Source of the DNA: Candidatus Azambacteria bacterium
GTDB lineage: Bacteria > Patescibacteriota > Minisyncoccia > GWC2-36-17 > WO2-46-25
DNA: 64,000 nucleotides
NCBI GenBank assembly: GCA_016200965.1
Contig: JACQDT010000001.1
Span: 3,544-67,543, forward strand
Direction of reading: 5' to 3'
Positions 45,671 through 55,389 of this stretch are shown piece after piece; within the stretch, counting starts at the first letter, position 1; each line of letters begins with the position of its first letter. Below the pieces are notes generated by a model. It saw only the letters and a program-made list of their open reading frames with translations, ran no database searches and was not told where the DNA came from. The translations under genes and the position numbers were made by a program.

Positions 45671-45723
45671 ATAATCTATTTAATTAAACATTAAAAACGT
45701 GAAAAAGTCAACATTACAGGGTA

Positions 45724-46527
45724 TTGACAAGATTATTGCTATGGTGTATAATTTGTTTTGTTACAATGTTTTTTGACAAACCAATAACCACACTCACAAA
45801 GGAGGGAACTGTGAAAAACGCCAAGAAAACAGCGAGAAAAAGCGTTATCGGAATACTGCTTTTCCTGATCGTCTTTTCGTCCGGATCGGTCACGGCCCTG
45901 CTCATGTCGGAACGGCTGGCTAAAACCTCCATCCCGACAATCGCTCCGAGCGTCATTCCCAACGCCTCCCCCATTCCCGGGGCGCTAGTGGCGGAGAGGG
46001 TAACTCCTCTTCCAACACCGCCGGCCGCCGAAGAAAAGTCCGAGGTGAAGACCGTGAAAGTAAAAACGTACTACATGGTTCAACCGTACGATTCCATCAA
46101 TGGGATCGCCGCGAAGTACGGCGTACTCCCCTGGCAACTGCGGGAGGTAAACGGGATGAAGCCGGGAGTGATCATTCACCCCCTGCAGAAGCTTGTTATC
46201 CCCGATGTGAAATGGAAATCGCGCAAGTACATCGGAAAAGCATCCTGGTACGGAGGCCGAGACAACGGAAAGCCGATGGCAAATGCTGAAATATTCAACC
46301 AGCATGAGATCTTGATTGCCCATCGCACGCTACCGTTCGGAACAAAAGTACGCGTGACGAATTTGATAAACAGCACATCAATCGTCACGATCGTGAAAGA
46401 CCGCGGCCCCTACCCGCAAAAAAACGAAAAGTACACGCGGGAAATCGACCTCTCCTACGGCGCCGCCAAAGCGCTCGGCGCAGTGAAAGCGGGAGTGATT
46501 CCCGTTGAGATCACAATCCTTTCGTGA
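45724..46527 (+). CDS. LysM-domain / RlpA-like (double-psi beta-barrel) peptidoglycan-binding lytic transglycosylase-like protein
   Basis: LysM: YMVQPYDSINGIAAKYGV ... LREVNG. RlpA/3D DPBB: GKASWYGG ... IAHRTLPFGTKVRVTN ... VKDRGPY. Confidence 0.7.
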   Translation: MTRLLLWCIICFVTMFFDKPITTLTKEGTVKNAKKTARKSVIGILLFLIVFSSGSVTALLMSERLAKTSIPTIAPSVIPNASPIPGALVAERVTPLPTPPAAEEKSEVKTVKVKTYYMVQPYDSINGIAAKYGVLPWQLREVNGMKPGVIIHPLQKLVIPDVKWKSRKYIGKASWYGGRDNGKPMANAEIFNQHEILIAHRTLPFGTKVRVTNLINSTSIVTIVKDRGPYPQKNEKYTREIDLSYGAAKALGAVKAGVIPVEITILS

Positions 46528-46549
46528 GTGTGGAGAATGAATAAAAAGA

Positions 46550-46587
46550 AAACTGCGACCCCACAACATCGGGCCGCAGTTTTTTTA
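46550..46587. terminator. bidirectional rho-independent terminator (aaaaCTGCGACCCC..GGGCCGCAGttttttt)
   Basis: 9-bp stem with one mismatch, flanked by A and T runs, between convergent genes. Confidence 0.55.
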
Positions 46588-46607
46588 TTATCGTTTTATT
46601 ATTACTA

Positions 46608-47024
46608 TTATCTCCTTACTTTTGATTCAACAAGGACAAGCCGCCGTTCAAGTGCGGCAAATTCATCGTAGTCGACTTTTTTCTTGAGACCGCCCTTGAT
46701 AAATTCAACATCGGTTTTAATGATTTCAACATCGGTTTTGGTAGTCGCGATATCCACCTTCATCACTTCAATGTCTTCTTTCATTGATCCGATCATTTCA
46801 GTATGTGCATTGAGGGTCTCCGTGTGCGAATCAAGGGTCTCCGTGTGCGAATCAAGGGTCTCTTTGATCCTTCCAATGTCTTTTTTTATGTCCACGTATT
46901 GTTCAGCGACAATTTTGACTTGATTTTTAAAGTCCTCGCTTAAAGTGCTTATGTGTCTTTTCACATCTTTGTTGTATTCCTTCAGTATGGTTTTTATTTT
47001 CGGATCGCTTGTCTGTTTCTTCAT
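46608..47024 (-). CDS. hypothetical coiled-coil protein with ETLDSHT repeats
   Basis: 138-aa charged, heptad-rich ORF. Direct repeat ETLDSHTETLDSHTETLNAHTE. Confidence 0.35.
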   Translation of the reverse strand: MKKQTSDPKIKTILKEYNKDVKRHISTLSEDFKNQVKIVAEQYVDIKKDIGRIKETLDSHTETLDSHTETLNAHTEMIGSMKEDIEVMKVDIATTKTDVEIIKTDVEFIKGGLKKKVDYDEFAALERRLVLVESKVRR

Positions 47025-47083
47025 GTGCCTATTTTATCACGCTGAAAAATCGGAAGTCAAATTCAAATGTGTATATCAGATTT

Positions 47084-48337
47084 TTACCTCCCGAACGGAC
47101 GGTGGGCGCGGGGTTGGAAGCGCCAGCCGCCGCCGCGAGTTGACCCGCGGTGGGCGCGGGGCGCGGGGCGCGAAAATTCCGAAAGCGACACATGCGGCAG
47201 ATCCGGGTGCTTGGCCACCGGCAATGATTTGCGGATGAGGCGTTCTATGGCGTGCACTTCACTGCCTTCGTCTGGCATGGCGAACGTGATGGCGTGGCCT
47301 TCCGCGCCGGCGCGCGCCGTGCGGCCGATGCGGTGCACGTAATCATCCGAGGATGAGGGAAGATCGTAGTTCAGCACGAGCTCAATGCCCTTCACATCAA
47401 TGCCGCGCGAGGCGATGTCTGTCGCAACCAGCACGCGGTACTTTCCGAATTTGAATCCGTCCAGCGCTTCTCTGCGCTGAGAAAGCGAGCGGTTGGAATG
47501 GATCTCCGCGACGCGGATGTTCAGCCCTCTGATGTACTGCGTCACTTTCCGCGCGCCGTGTTTTGTGCGCGTGAATACGAGCGTCGGACCCTGATACGTT
47601 TCAAGGAGTTTTGCGAGCAGGGTTGCCTTCTGGTCGCGCGAGACGATGAAAAGCTCCTGCGTAACGCGCTCGGCGGTCGTGCCCGTCGGCGCGATTTCCA
47701 CCCGCGTGGGCAGTTTCATGTGCGTTGCCGCCATCTTCATGATCTCCGAAGGCATCGTGGCGGAAAAAAGCATGGTCTGGCGTTCTCTGGGAAGCGCGTT
47801 TAAAATTCTTTGGATCTGGGGCATAAAACCCATATCAAGCATGCGGTCCGCCTCGTCAAGAACAAGGATGGACACGCCGTCCAAACGCACATTCCTTTGT
47901 TCCATATGATCAATAAGCCGTCCGGGAGTCGCGACGATAACGTGCGGCCTCCGCGCAAGCGCCTGTTTCTGCGGCCACAAAGAAGTGCCGCCGATGAGCA
48001 CCGCCGTGCGAAGCCCGAGGGTCCCGCCGACTTTCCGCAAGGCCTCTTCCACCTGCAAAGCAAGCTCGCGCGTGGGGAGCACCACAAGCCCCTGCCCTTT
48101 CCCGCGCGACAAATGCTGGATCATGGGAATGCCGAACGCGAGCGTTTTTCCCGTACCCGTTTGCGCGATGCCCACCACGTCTTTCCCCTGAATCGCCGAA
48201 GGGATCGCCTGCGCCTGAATGGGAGTGGGCGTTTTAAAGCGAAGCTTCTCCAAAATTTCCAAAATCGCCGGGGCGATGCCCAGACCGTAAAAACCATTAG
48301 CGATATTTTGTTCGGGATGTTGCTGTCCGGTTATCAT
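47084..48337 (-). CDS. DEAD-box ATP-dependent RNA helicase with Arg/Gly-rich C-terminal tail
   Basis: Q-motif. AQTGTGKT (motif I), DEAD (VLDEADRMLDMGF), SAT, and HRIGRTARAG (motif VI). Confidence 0.85.
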   Translation of the reverse strand: MITGQQHPEQNIANGFYGLGIAPAILEILEKLRFKTPTPIQAQAIPSAIQGKDVVGIAQTGTGKTLAFGIPMIQHLSRGKGQGLVVLPTRELALQVEEALRKVGGTLGLRTAVLIGGTSLWPQKQALARRPHVIVATPGRLIDHMEQRNVRLDGVSILVLDEADRMLDMGFMPQIQRILNALPRERQTMLFSATMPSEIMKMAATHMKLPTRVEIAPTGTTAERVTQELFIVSRDQKATLLAKLLETYQGPTLVFTRTKHGARKVTQYIRGLNIRVAEIHSNRSLSQRREALDGFKFGKYRVLVATDIASRGIDVKGIELVLNYDLPSSSDDYVHRIGRTARAGAEGHAITFAMPDEGSEVHAIERLIRKSLPVAKHPDLPHVSLSEFSRPAPRAHRGSTRGGGWRFQPRAHRPFGR

Positions 48338-48387
48338 AATGAAGCACTATGACAGCAATGCCTGAAAAAGTAAAGCGAAAACAAGTA

Positions 48388-50517
48388 TTATTTGCTTAAT
48401 AATGGCTCAACGCGCTTCAACAGCGTCGCGTTCGTTGCCACAATAATAGAAGAAGCCGACATAAGGAGCGCGGAGATCTCCGGCCGAAGCGACCAGCCCA
48501 GCGAGGTGTAAAATACGCCCGCCGCGACGGGGATCGCGAGCACGTTGTAGATCGTCGCCCAAAAGAGGTTCTGTTTCATTTTGGCGACCGTGGCTTTGCT
48601 TAGGCGGATTGCCGCCACGATGTCGTACGGGTCCGACTTCATCAGCACGATATTTGCCGTTTCTATGGCGACGTCGGTGCCCGCGCCGATGGCGATGCCG
48701 ATGTCGGCCTGGGCAAGCGCGGGCGCGTCATTAATGCCGTCGCCCACCATCGCGGTGAATTTTCCTTCTTGCTGCAATTTCTTCACGTAATCCGCCTTGT
48801 CGTGCGGAAGCACCTGCGCGAAAAATCTAGTGATACCCAGCTCGTCGGCGACCGCGCGCGCCACCTGTTCGTGGTCGCCGGTGATCATCGCGACTTCAGG
48901 TCCAAGCGCTTGTAACGCCGCAATGGTCTTTTTCGCGCTTGGACGCAAGGCATCGCGTATCGCGATTACTCCCACCGCTTTTCCGTCAATCGCGACGATG
49001 CTGAGCGGGTTGCCGTCATACGACGACTGCTCCGCTCTCTGGGTTCGCGGGTTGCCGTCATACGACGACTGCTCCGCTCTCTGGGTTCGCGGGTTGCCCT
49101 CAAGAAGCGCACGATCAATCTCCGCCTGGACGGGCGCGGTGTCAATCCTGTTTTGCGCCATCAGCTTTGTTGTGCCGACGATCACCGTCCTGCCGTCAAC
49201 TTTGGCGCGGATGCCGAGCCCGCCGAGCGCCTCAAATTTTTCCACGCGCCCGAGGGTCTTTATGTTTCTTTTTTTGGCTTCCTTTAAAATCGCGGCGCTG
49301 ACGGGATGATTCGAGCCCAGCGAAGCGGAGGCGGCGTGCGCGAGCACGGCCTCGTCCGAAAACCTTCGCGTGCCGCTCACCCGAGTAATCGCCGGCTTTC
49401 CCTCGGTAAGCGTGCCGGTTTTATCCAGCACGATCGCGGTAAGCCGCGACGTATTTTCAAGCGTTGCGGCATCTTTAATGAGAATATTATGCCTCGCGCC
49501 GATGCCGGTCCCGACCGCGACGGCGGTGGGAGTAGCAAGCCCCAGCGCGTCGGGACACGCGATGACAACGGTAGAAATGGCAAGGGTGAGCGACGCGATC
49601 AGCGTTGCGCCGGCAATGACATACCAGCCCAAAAAGGTCGCGATGCCGGCGCCCACGGCAAGCACGACAAGCCATGCCGCCGCCCGATCGGCGATGCGCT
49701 GGCCGGGCGCTTTTGAGTTCTGCGCCGTTTCCACGAGCTTAATGATCTGCGCGAGCACCGTTTCCGAGCCGACAGCCATCGCCCGGAATTTCACCATACC
49801 TGTCAGATTAACCGACCCGCCGACGACTTTCGCGGCTATGGTTTTCACAACCGGCATGGACTCTCCCGTCACGAGGGATTCATCGATTGAAGATTCTCCT
49901 TCAGTAATCTCGCCGTCCACCGGTACTTTATCGCCCGGTCGGAGCACCACAATATCACCGCGGATGATTTCCGCGCTTGCGATGCCCGTCTCTTTCCCGC
50001 CGCGGATAACATTGGCCTTCGATGGCACGAGGTCAAAAAGCGCGCGCAGGGCGTCGGACGTACCGCGCCGCGACTTCATCTCCATCCAGTGGCCGAATAG
50101 CACGAATGTCACCAGCATCGCCGCCGCTTCATAAAATGCTTCCCCGTTGCCTTTAAAAGCAAGCGCGATACTGCCCGCATATGCGGCCAAAACGCCGGTG
50201 GCGATAAGCACCGCCATATTGAGCGTGCGCGCCTTGAGCGAATAATATGTCCCCGTGATGAAAATGGAACCGGTCCAGAACACGATCGGCGTCGTCAAAA
50301 GAAAAAGAAGCCAGTTTTTCGGAATCGGCGATGGGAGCGAAACGCCAAAAAGCATTTCCCCCATCTGCGAATACAACACGATGGGAACGGTGAGCGCGAA
50401 CGAAATGAAAAATCGCCGGCGCATATCCGTTTCCATTTCCTTTGCCATCTGCGGGTTCGTCATCGCCGCTTCATGATCGCGATGGCTCACTGTATGCATA
50501 TGATGCTCGTGTTCCAT
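48388..50517 (-). CDS. heavy-metal-translocating P1B-type ATPase with His-rich N-terminus; carries two tandem 14-aa repeat insertions
   Basis: DKTGTLT, TGDHE and GDGINDAP motifs. TM metal site reads IACPDALGLATP (CPD rather than CPC). N-terminus MEHEHHMHTVSHRDHE. ALLEG-[NPRTQRAEQSSYDG x2]-NPLSIVAIDG shows the insert. Confidence 0.85.
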   Translation of the reverse strand: MEHEHHMHTVSHRDHEAAMTNPQMAKEMETDMRRRFFISFALTVPIVLYSQMGEMLFGVSLPSPIPKNWLLFLLTTPIVFWTGSIFITGTYYSLKARTLNMAVLIATGVLAAYAGSIALAFKGNGEAFYEAAAMLVTFVLFGHWMEMKSRRGTSDALRALFDLVPSKANVIRGGKETGIASAEIIRGDIVVLRPGDKVPVDGEITEGESSIDESLVTGESMPVVKTIAAKVVGGSVNLTGMVKFRAMAVGSETVLAQIIKLVETAQNSKAPGQRIADRAAAWLVVLAVGAGIATFLGWYVIAGATLIASLTLAISTVVIACPDALGLATPTAVAVGTGIGARHNILIKDAATLENTSRLTAIVLDKTGTLTEGKPAITRVSGTRRFSDEAVLAHAASASLGSNHPVSAAILKEAKKRNIKTLGRVEKFEALGGLGIRAKVDGRTVIVGTTKLMAQNRIDTAPVQAEIDRALLEGNPRTQRAEQSSYDGNPRTQRAEQSSYDGNPLSIVAIDGKAVGVIAIRDALRPSAKKTIAALQALGPEVAMITGDHEQVARAVADELGITRFFAQVLPHDKADYVKKLQQEGKFTAMVGDGINDAPALAQADIGIAIGAGTDVAIETANIVLMKSDPYDIVAAIRLSKATVAKMKQNLFWATIYNVLAIPVAAGVFYTSLGWSLRPEISALLMSASSIIVATNATLLKRVEPLLSK
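49015..49098 (+). repeat. two tandem 42-bp intragenic repeat units, copies 5 and 6 (ctctgGgttcgc variant)
   Basis: Two consecutive units in frame in the P-type ATPase gene. Preceded by gagcgggttgcc, which resembles a partial unit end. Confidence 0.9.
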
Positions 50518-50595
50518 GCCTCAATTTTAGCAAAGATATAAAAAATATGACACAGAATAGACAATAAAAACCCTTTATGGGAATATGCTATCAGA

Positions 50596-53500
50596 ATGCC
50601 CACCTTTGAAGAACGGTTCAATAAACTGAATGAGGGGCAACGAAAGGCCGTCCAAGCCATCGAGGGGCCTGTCCTTGTCATCGCCGGCCCGGGAAGCGGC
50701 AAGACGGAAATACTCGGCCTTCGCGTGGCCAATATCCTGAAAAAAACGGACACCCATCCGGGCAGCATCTTGTGCCTCACCTTCACGGATTCCGCCGCGG
50801 CAAACATGCGCGAGCGGCTTTCCGGCCTCATCGGGAGCGACGCCTACCGCGTCGTCATTGCCACGTTCCACAGTTTCAGTACCGACATCATCAACCGCTT
50901 CCCTGAATATTTTTACAACGGCGCGGCGTTCTCTCCCGCCGACGAGCTTACGCAAATGGAAATCCTTGAAGGCATATTCAAGGAATTGCCGTACGACAAT
51001 CCCTTGCGCACACAACACCCCGTGCAAGGATTCACCTATCTGGGAAGCGCGCGCAAATCGATCAGCCAGCTTAAAAAAGCCGGCATCGGCCTGGATGCGT
51101 TCGCGCGCGTTTTGAAATCAAACGCGCACGCCATCGGCGGAATAAACAAAAAGATGGAAATATTTGACGCGCGCATGAGCATGAAACAGATTGCCGCCAT
51201 CCGCGAATGCGCGGCGCAGCTTGACGTGTCTGCGCAAGAATCCGCGCTGAAAGAATACGCGCCGCTTGCGCACGCGGTCGCGCGCTCTCTTGAAGAAGCC
51301 GTTTCTTTAGCAGGAGAACAAGATACAATCGCGCCGCTATCCAGGTGGAAATCCGACTGGGTAAAAAAGAATGATGATATGCGTGTCTTTAAAGATACGA
51401 TGTACATGGAGAAGCTTTCCGCGCTTGCTGACGTTTATAACACATACCTGACCCGTATGCATGAGCGCGGGTATTACGATTTCGACGACATGCTTTTGAA
51501 CGTCCTTGAAGCGCTTGAACGCAACAGCGCGCTTCGCTATGAACTGCAGGAGCGGTATCAATACATTCTTGTGGATGAATTTCAGGACACCAACGATGCC
51601 CAGATGAAGCTGATCTCTTTTTTGACCGACGCCCGGGTGCACGAAGGGCGGCCCAACATCATGGTGGTGGGAGACGACGACCAGGCGGTGTATAAATTCC
51701 AGGGGGCTGAAATTTCAAACATCCTTGAGTTTCAAAGGCGATATCGCGACCCCGAGATCATCACGCTCACGCATAATTACCGCTCGCGCCAGGATATTTT
51801 AGACCTTGCCCGCCATATCATCCTGAAAGGAACGGAGCGGCTTGAACGGCGCATCGCCGGCCTTCGCAAAGATCTCGTCGCGGCGGGAAACAATATAAAA
51901 GAGGGTGCGATTGCAAGCCGCGTGTTCCCCTCAAGCGCGCACGAACGCCACTTTATAGGAAAAGAAATAAAAAAACTCATTGAAGGCGGCGCCAAGCCCG
52001 ACCACATAGTCGTTATCGCGCGACACCACCGCGACCTTGAAGCGCTTCTGCCGTACTTCGCCGCATCGGGCATTCCCGTCGCCTATGAACGCCAGCGCAA
52101 CGTGCTTCACGAGCCGCATGTGTACCAGATAATCCAAATCGCCAGATTCATATCTTCGCTCGCGCGGAAAAATCGCGCCGAAGCGGACGAATATCTTCCC
52201 GAAATTTTGAGCTTTCCTTTCTGGGGACTTGAGCGCAACACCATATGGGAGCTTTCCGCTTCGGCGGGGGCGCGAGGGGCGTTGTGGCTTGAAACGATGA
52301 TGCATCACACGGACGCGCGTTTGCGAAGCATAGCCGATCTTTTCCTTAACCTTGCTTTGCGCGCACAACACGAACCGGCCGAATACGTGCTTGACGCGAT
52401 CATCGGCTCGCCGTCATACGACGACCGCTCCGCTCTCTGGGTTCGCGGGTCGCATGAGAACGCCATGGAGGGCGGGGCCGTAAGCCCGTTTCGCGAATAT
52501 TACTTCGGCAAAGAGAAATTCGCGCGCGACAAAGCGACGTATCTTTCGTTCCTTTCCGGCCTGCACGCGTTCGTGCGGGCGCTTCGCGAATACAAGCAGG
52601 GACGATTTTTGAAGATAGACGATCTCGTTGCGTTCGTGGATATGCACGAAAAAAATAACATGCCCATCACCGACCAGAGCCCGTTCGTCGCCGCCGACAA
52701 GGCAGTGCATCTGCTTTCCGCCCATAAGGCAAAGGGGCTTGAATTTGAAACGGTGTTTGTCCTTTCCTGCCAAGACAACATATGGGCGGGGTCGCCGCGT
52801 GGATCCATGCTTCCCTTCCCCATGAACCTGCCCATCGCCCCCGCCGGCGACACCATGGACGACCAGCTCCGGCTTTTTTACGTCGCGCTCACGCGGGCGA
52901 AACACAACCTATACCTCACTTCATTTGAAAAAATGGAAAACGGAAAAAGCTCGGCGCGACTGCGCTTCCTTATAGAGGAGGAAGGCGGCCACATGAAAAC
53001 AAACGTCAAAGCGGCATTGGCGCCTGCGCCCGAAGAAAAAGAAGATACGCCCGAGCCGACCGACATCTTTTCGGCAGGGTGGGAACAGTACAACCGCGGC
53101 CCTCGTATCGCCGACGAAGAAGCGCTTTTGCGCGCGCTCGTGAAGGACTATCAAATGAGCGTGACACATCTGAATAATTTCCTGAACGTGAAAAAAGGCG
53201 GTCCGCAGGCATTTTTGGAACAAAATCTTCTGCGGTTCCCTCAGGCAAAAACGCCGTCTTTATCCTACGGCTCGGCGATGCACAAAGCGATCGAGCTTTT
53301 GTATCTCCGCTTCAAAAAAGAAGGAGTGCTTCCACCGCCGGAGCATCTGACGCAAGCATTTGAACGCGCGCTTGAAATGCAGCGCCTCGCCAAAGATGAC
53401 TTTATGAAATATCTCGCTCAGGGAAAAAACGCTCTTACGAAATTTTACGAAATGAAAAAAGAACGATTTTCCCAAAGCGACCTGGTGGAAGTCAATTTCA

Positions 53501-53940
53501 AAAATCAGGGCGTGCTGGTGGGCGAGGCGCACTTGACGGGCAAACTTGATAAGATGGTATTTAAAAGCGCGAATGAAATAGTGGTACACGATTTCAAAAC
53601 AGGAAACCCCGCCGACGAATGGGAGGGCGAGGGCGTGTACGAAAAAATAAAACTGCACAATTACAAGCGGCAGCTGGTATTTTACAAACTGCTTGTGGAA
53701 TACTCGCGCGATTTTTCGGAGAGATACGCCGTCCATAGAGGCGTGCTGGAATTTTTGGAACCCTATCATGGGAAAATCATCGACCTGCCGCTTGAGATAA
53801 GCGGCGAGGACGTGAAACGAACGACCGCGCTTATCGGGGTCGTCTACAAAAAGATCCTGTCGCTTGATTTCCACGATATCTCAAAATACTCCAAGGACCT
53901 CGCCGGCACGCTTGAGTTCGAAGAAGATTTGTTGAAATAA
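50596..53940 (+). CDS. UvrD/PcrA-family ATP-dependent DNA helicase fused to C-terminal PD-(D/E)xK RecB-like nuclease domain; carries one repeat insertion
   Basis: Helicase motif I VIAGPGSGKTE and UvrD motifs through VDEFQDTN. C-terminal GKLDKM ... VVHDFKTG nuclease motif. SPSYDDRSALWVRGS insert, which is the repeat unit read in the opposite orientation. Confidence 0.8.
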   Translation: MPTFEERFNKLNEGQRKAVQAIEGPVLVIAGPGSGKTEILGLRVANILKKTDTHPGSILCLTFTDSAAANMRERLSGLIGSDAYRVVIATFHSFSTDIINRFPEYFYNGAAFSPADELTQMEILEGIFKELPYDNPLRTQHPVQGFTYLGSARKSISQLKKAGIGLDAFARVLKSNAHAIGGINKKMEIFDARMSMKQIAAIRECAAQLDVSAQESALKEYAPLAHAVARSLEEAVSLAGEQDTIAPLSRWKSDWVKKNDDMRVFKDTMYMEKLSALADVYNTYLTRMHERGYYDFDDMLLNVLEALERNSALRYELQERYQYILVDEFQDTNDAQMKLISFLTDARVHEGRPNIMVVGDDDQAVYKFQGAEISNILEFQRRYRDPEIITLTHNYRSRQDILDLARHIILKGTERLERRIAGLRKDLVAAGNNIKEGAIASRVFPSSAHERHFIGKEIKKLIEGGAKPDHIVVIARHHRDLEALLPYFAASGIPVAYERQRNVLHEPHVYQIIQIARFISSLARKNRAEADEYLPEILSFPFWGLERNTIWELSASAGARGALWLETMMHHTDARLRSIADLFLNLALRAQHEPAEYVLDAIIGSPSYDDRSALWVRGSHENAMEGGAVSPFREYYFGKEKFARDKATYLSFLSGLHAFVRALREYKQGRFLKIDDLVAFVDMHEKNNMPITDQSPFVAADKAVHLLSAHKAKGLEFETVFVLSCQDNIWAGSPRGSMLPFPMNLPIAPAGDTMDDQLRLFYVALTRAKHNLYLTSFEKMENGKSSARLRFLIEEEGGHMKTNVKAALAPAPEEKEDTPEPTDIFSAGWEQYNRGPRIADEEALLRALVKDYQMSVTHLNNFLNVKKGGPQAFLEQNLLRFPQAKTPSLSYGSAMHKAIELLYLRFKKEGVLPPPEHLTQAFERALEMQRLAKDDFMKYLAQGKNALTKFYEMKKERFSQSDLVEVNFKNQGVLVGEAHLTGKLDKMVFKSANEIVVHDFKTGNPADEWEGEGVYEKIKLHNYKRQLVFYKLLVEYSRDFSERYAVHRGVLEFLEPYHGKIIDLPLEISGEDVKRTTALIGVVYKKILSLDFHDISKYSKDLAGTLEFEEDLLK
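52413..52453 (+). repeat. 42-bp intragenic repeat unit, copy 7 (diverged: gaccgctcc, gggtcgc)
   Basis: In frame in the UvrD-like gene. This is the only copy whose unit orientation matches the host gene strand. Confidence 0.85.
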
Positions 53941-53944
53941 AACG

Positions 53945-53969
53945 CGAGCCCCTTTTGTTAAGGGGCTCG
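53945..53969. terminator. rho-independent terminator hairpin GAGCCCCTTttgttAAGGGGCTC
   Basis: Perfect 9-bp stem immediately after the helicase stop. Also serves the convergent 53974 gene. Confidence 0.55.
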
Positions 53970-53973
53970 TTAT

Positions 53974-54255
53974 TCAGAAAAGGGATCTTTTTCTGAACGG
54001 GGGGAGAACCGTGCGGACTATATTGTGCAAAGTGTCGTATAGAATCCGGACGGTGACGTTATCCAAACTCACTTCCCATTCGGTAATCCGCCTGCTGCGC
54101 CGGCGGATAAAATTTCCATCGCCGCGCTGGATCTTCCGCGAAAAATTCTTTATTTGTTCTTTTGTGAATGTGAGACCATACCGAAGGATCCCTCTTTTTG
54201 CGATATGCCGCATGACTCTTCTTGCCCCGAAAGTTCTATTTCTCCGCATGCTCAC
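53974..54255 (-). CDS. hypothetical basic protein (weak RelE/YoeB-like C-terminal motif)
   Basis: 93-aa ORF, very Arg/Lys-rich. RRITEWEVSLDNVTVRILYDT resembles the RRITEEHRLVY core of YoeB/RelE toxins. No antitoxin partner evident. Confidence 0.25.
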   Translation of the reverse strand: MSMRRNRTFGARRVMRHIAKRGILRYGLTFTKEQIKNFSRKIQRGDGNFIRRRSRRITEWEVSLDNVTVRILYDTLHNIVRTVLPPFRKRSLF

Positions 54256-54332
54256 ACCTCCTCTCCAATTCTCTAATGTAATGACTGATCCATATTACCA
54301 TGTGCGCATTCATAAATCAATGGACATAATAT

Positions 54333-55295
54333 TTATTTTTCACTCTGTATCTTGTTCAGGATTTTCTTGACCTCTTCCAAGCTGTCCGAATCGTGAATAG
54401 AAATGGCAATGGCTTTTTTGTTCAATTTTTTCAAAATGGCGATCTTTCTTTTCAATTCTTTCGGTGCCACCATATCGCTTTTGGTAAAAAATACGTATTC
54501 GGACTTCTCTCCCAATTCCTTGCTATACGTTTCCAGCTCTTTTCTGATGATGCGCCAGTCGCGCGCGCAATCTTCCGATTCCGCAGACACAAGATGAAAG
54601 ATGATTTTCGTCCGCTCAATGTGCTTGAGGAATTTTATCCCAAGGCCCTTGCCGCCCGACGCTCCTTCAATGAGTCCAGGAATATCGGCTAAAATCAATT
54701 CAAAATACGCGCCCAGAGACGGCTCAAGCGTCGTAAAAGGATAATTGGCGACTTTACTCTGCGCGCCGGTCAGCTCATTGAGCAAACTGGATTTCCCCGC
54801 GTTGGGCAAGCCGACAAGACCGACATCGGCGATGAGTTTTAACTCAAGCCGCAGAACGTATTCTTCCCCAGGTGTGCCCCTCTGAAACTGCATCGGAGTG
54901 GTGTTTCTCGGCGATCTGAATTTAAAATTCCCTTTGCCGCCAAACCCCCCGCTCGCCGCCAAGATACGCTCTTTCGTTTTTACTATTTCTTTTTGCTCGC
55001 CTGTATCTGTGTTGCGTATGACAGTCCCCACCGGAATTTTCAAAATAAGGTCCGGCACATCCGCGCCGTCCATGAACTGACCCCTCCCATCCGCGCCGTT
55101 TTTTGTGAGAAACTCTTTTTTATGTTTGAACTGCGAAAGAGCGCTGAGATCGGAAACCCCTTCAAAATAAATATCGCCGCCTTTGCCGCCATCACCGCCG
55201 CACGGACCTAAGCTCATTTTATTCTTGTTGAACGCGGCTTTTCCCGCCCCTCCGTCCCCCGCCTTTATCCTGATGGTGATATCGTCGATAAGCAT
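54333..55295 (-). CDS. obg: GTPase Obg (N-terminal Obg fold plus G domain; no C-terminal TGS/OCT domain)
   Basis: Obg glycine-rich N-domain (GDGGAGKAAF, GGDGGKGGDIY). G1 GLPNAGKSSL, G3 DIPG, and NKxD-like motifs. Confidence 0.85.
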   Translation of the reverse strand: MLIDDITIRIKAGDGGAGKAAFNKNKMSLGPCGGDGGKGGDIYFEGVSDLSALSQFKHKKEFLTKNGADGRGQFMDGADVPDLILKIPVGTVIRNTDTGEQKEIVKTKERILAASGGFGGKGNFKFRSPRNTTPMQFQRGTPGEEYVLRLELKLIADVGLVGLPNAGKSSLLNELTGAQSKVANYPFTTLEPSLGAYFELILADIPGLIEGASGGKGLGIKFLKHIERTKIIFHLVSAESEDCARDWRIIRKELETYSKELGEKSEYVFFTKSDMVAPKELKRKIAILKKLNKKAIAISIHDSDSLEEVKKILNKIQSEK

Positions 55296-55389
55296 AGTTG
55301 TTGTTTAACGGCAGGCACATATGCACCAAATCGCTTGTATGGCGCGTAACATACAGTATAATGATATCGTCTACATAAGCAAGCAACCT

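Noticed and set aside
27866-49098. Possibility that the 42-bp repeats are a CRISPR array
   Set aside because: Tandem units abut directly with no unique spacers. Copies are dispersed singly inside genes and there are no cas genes. They are not CRISPR.
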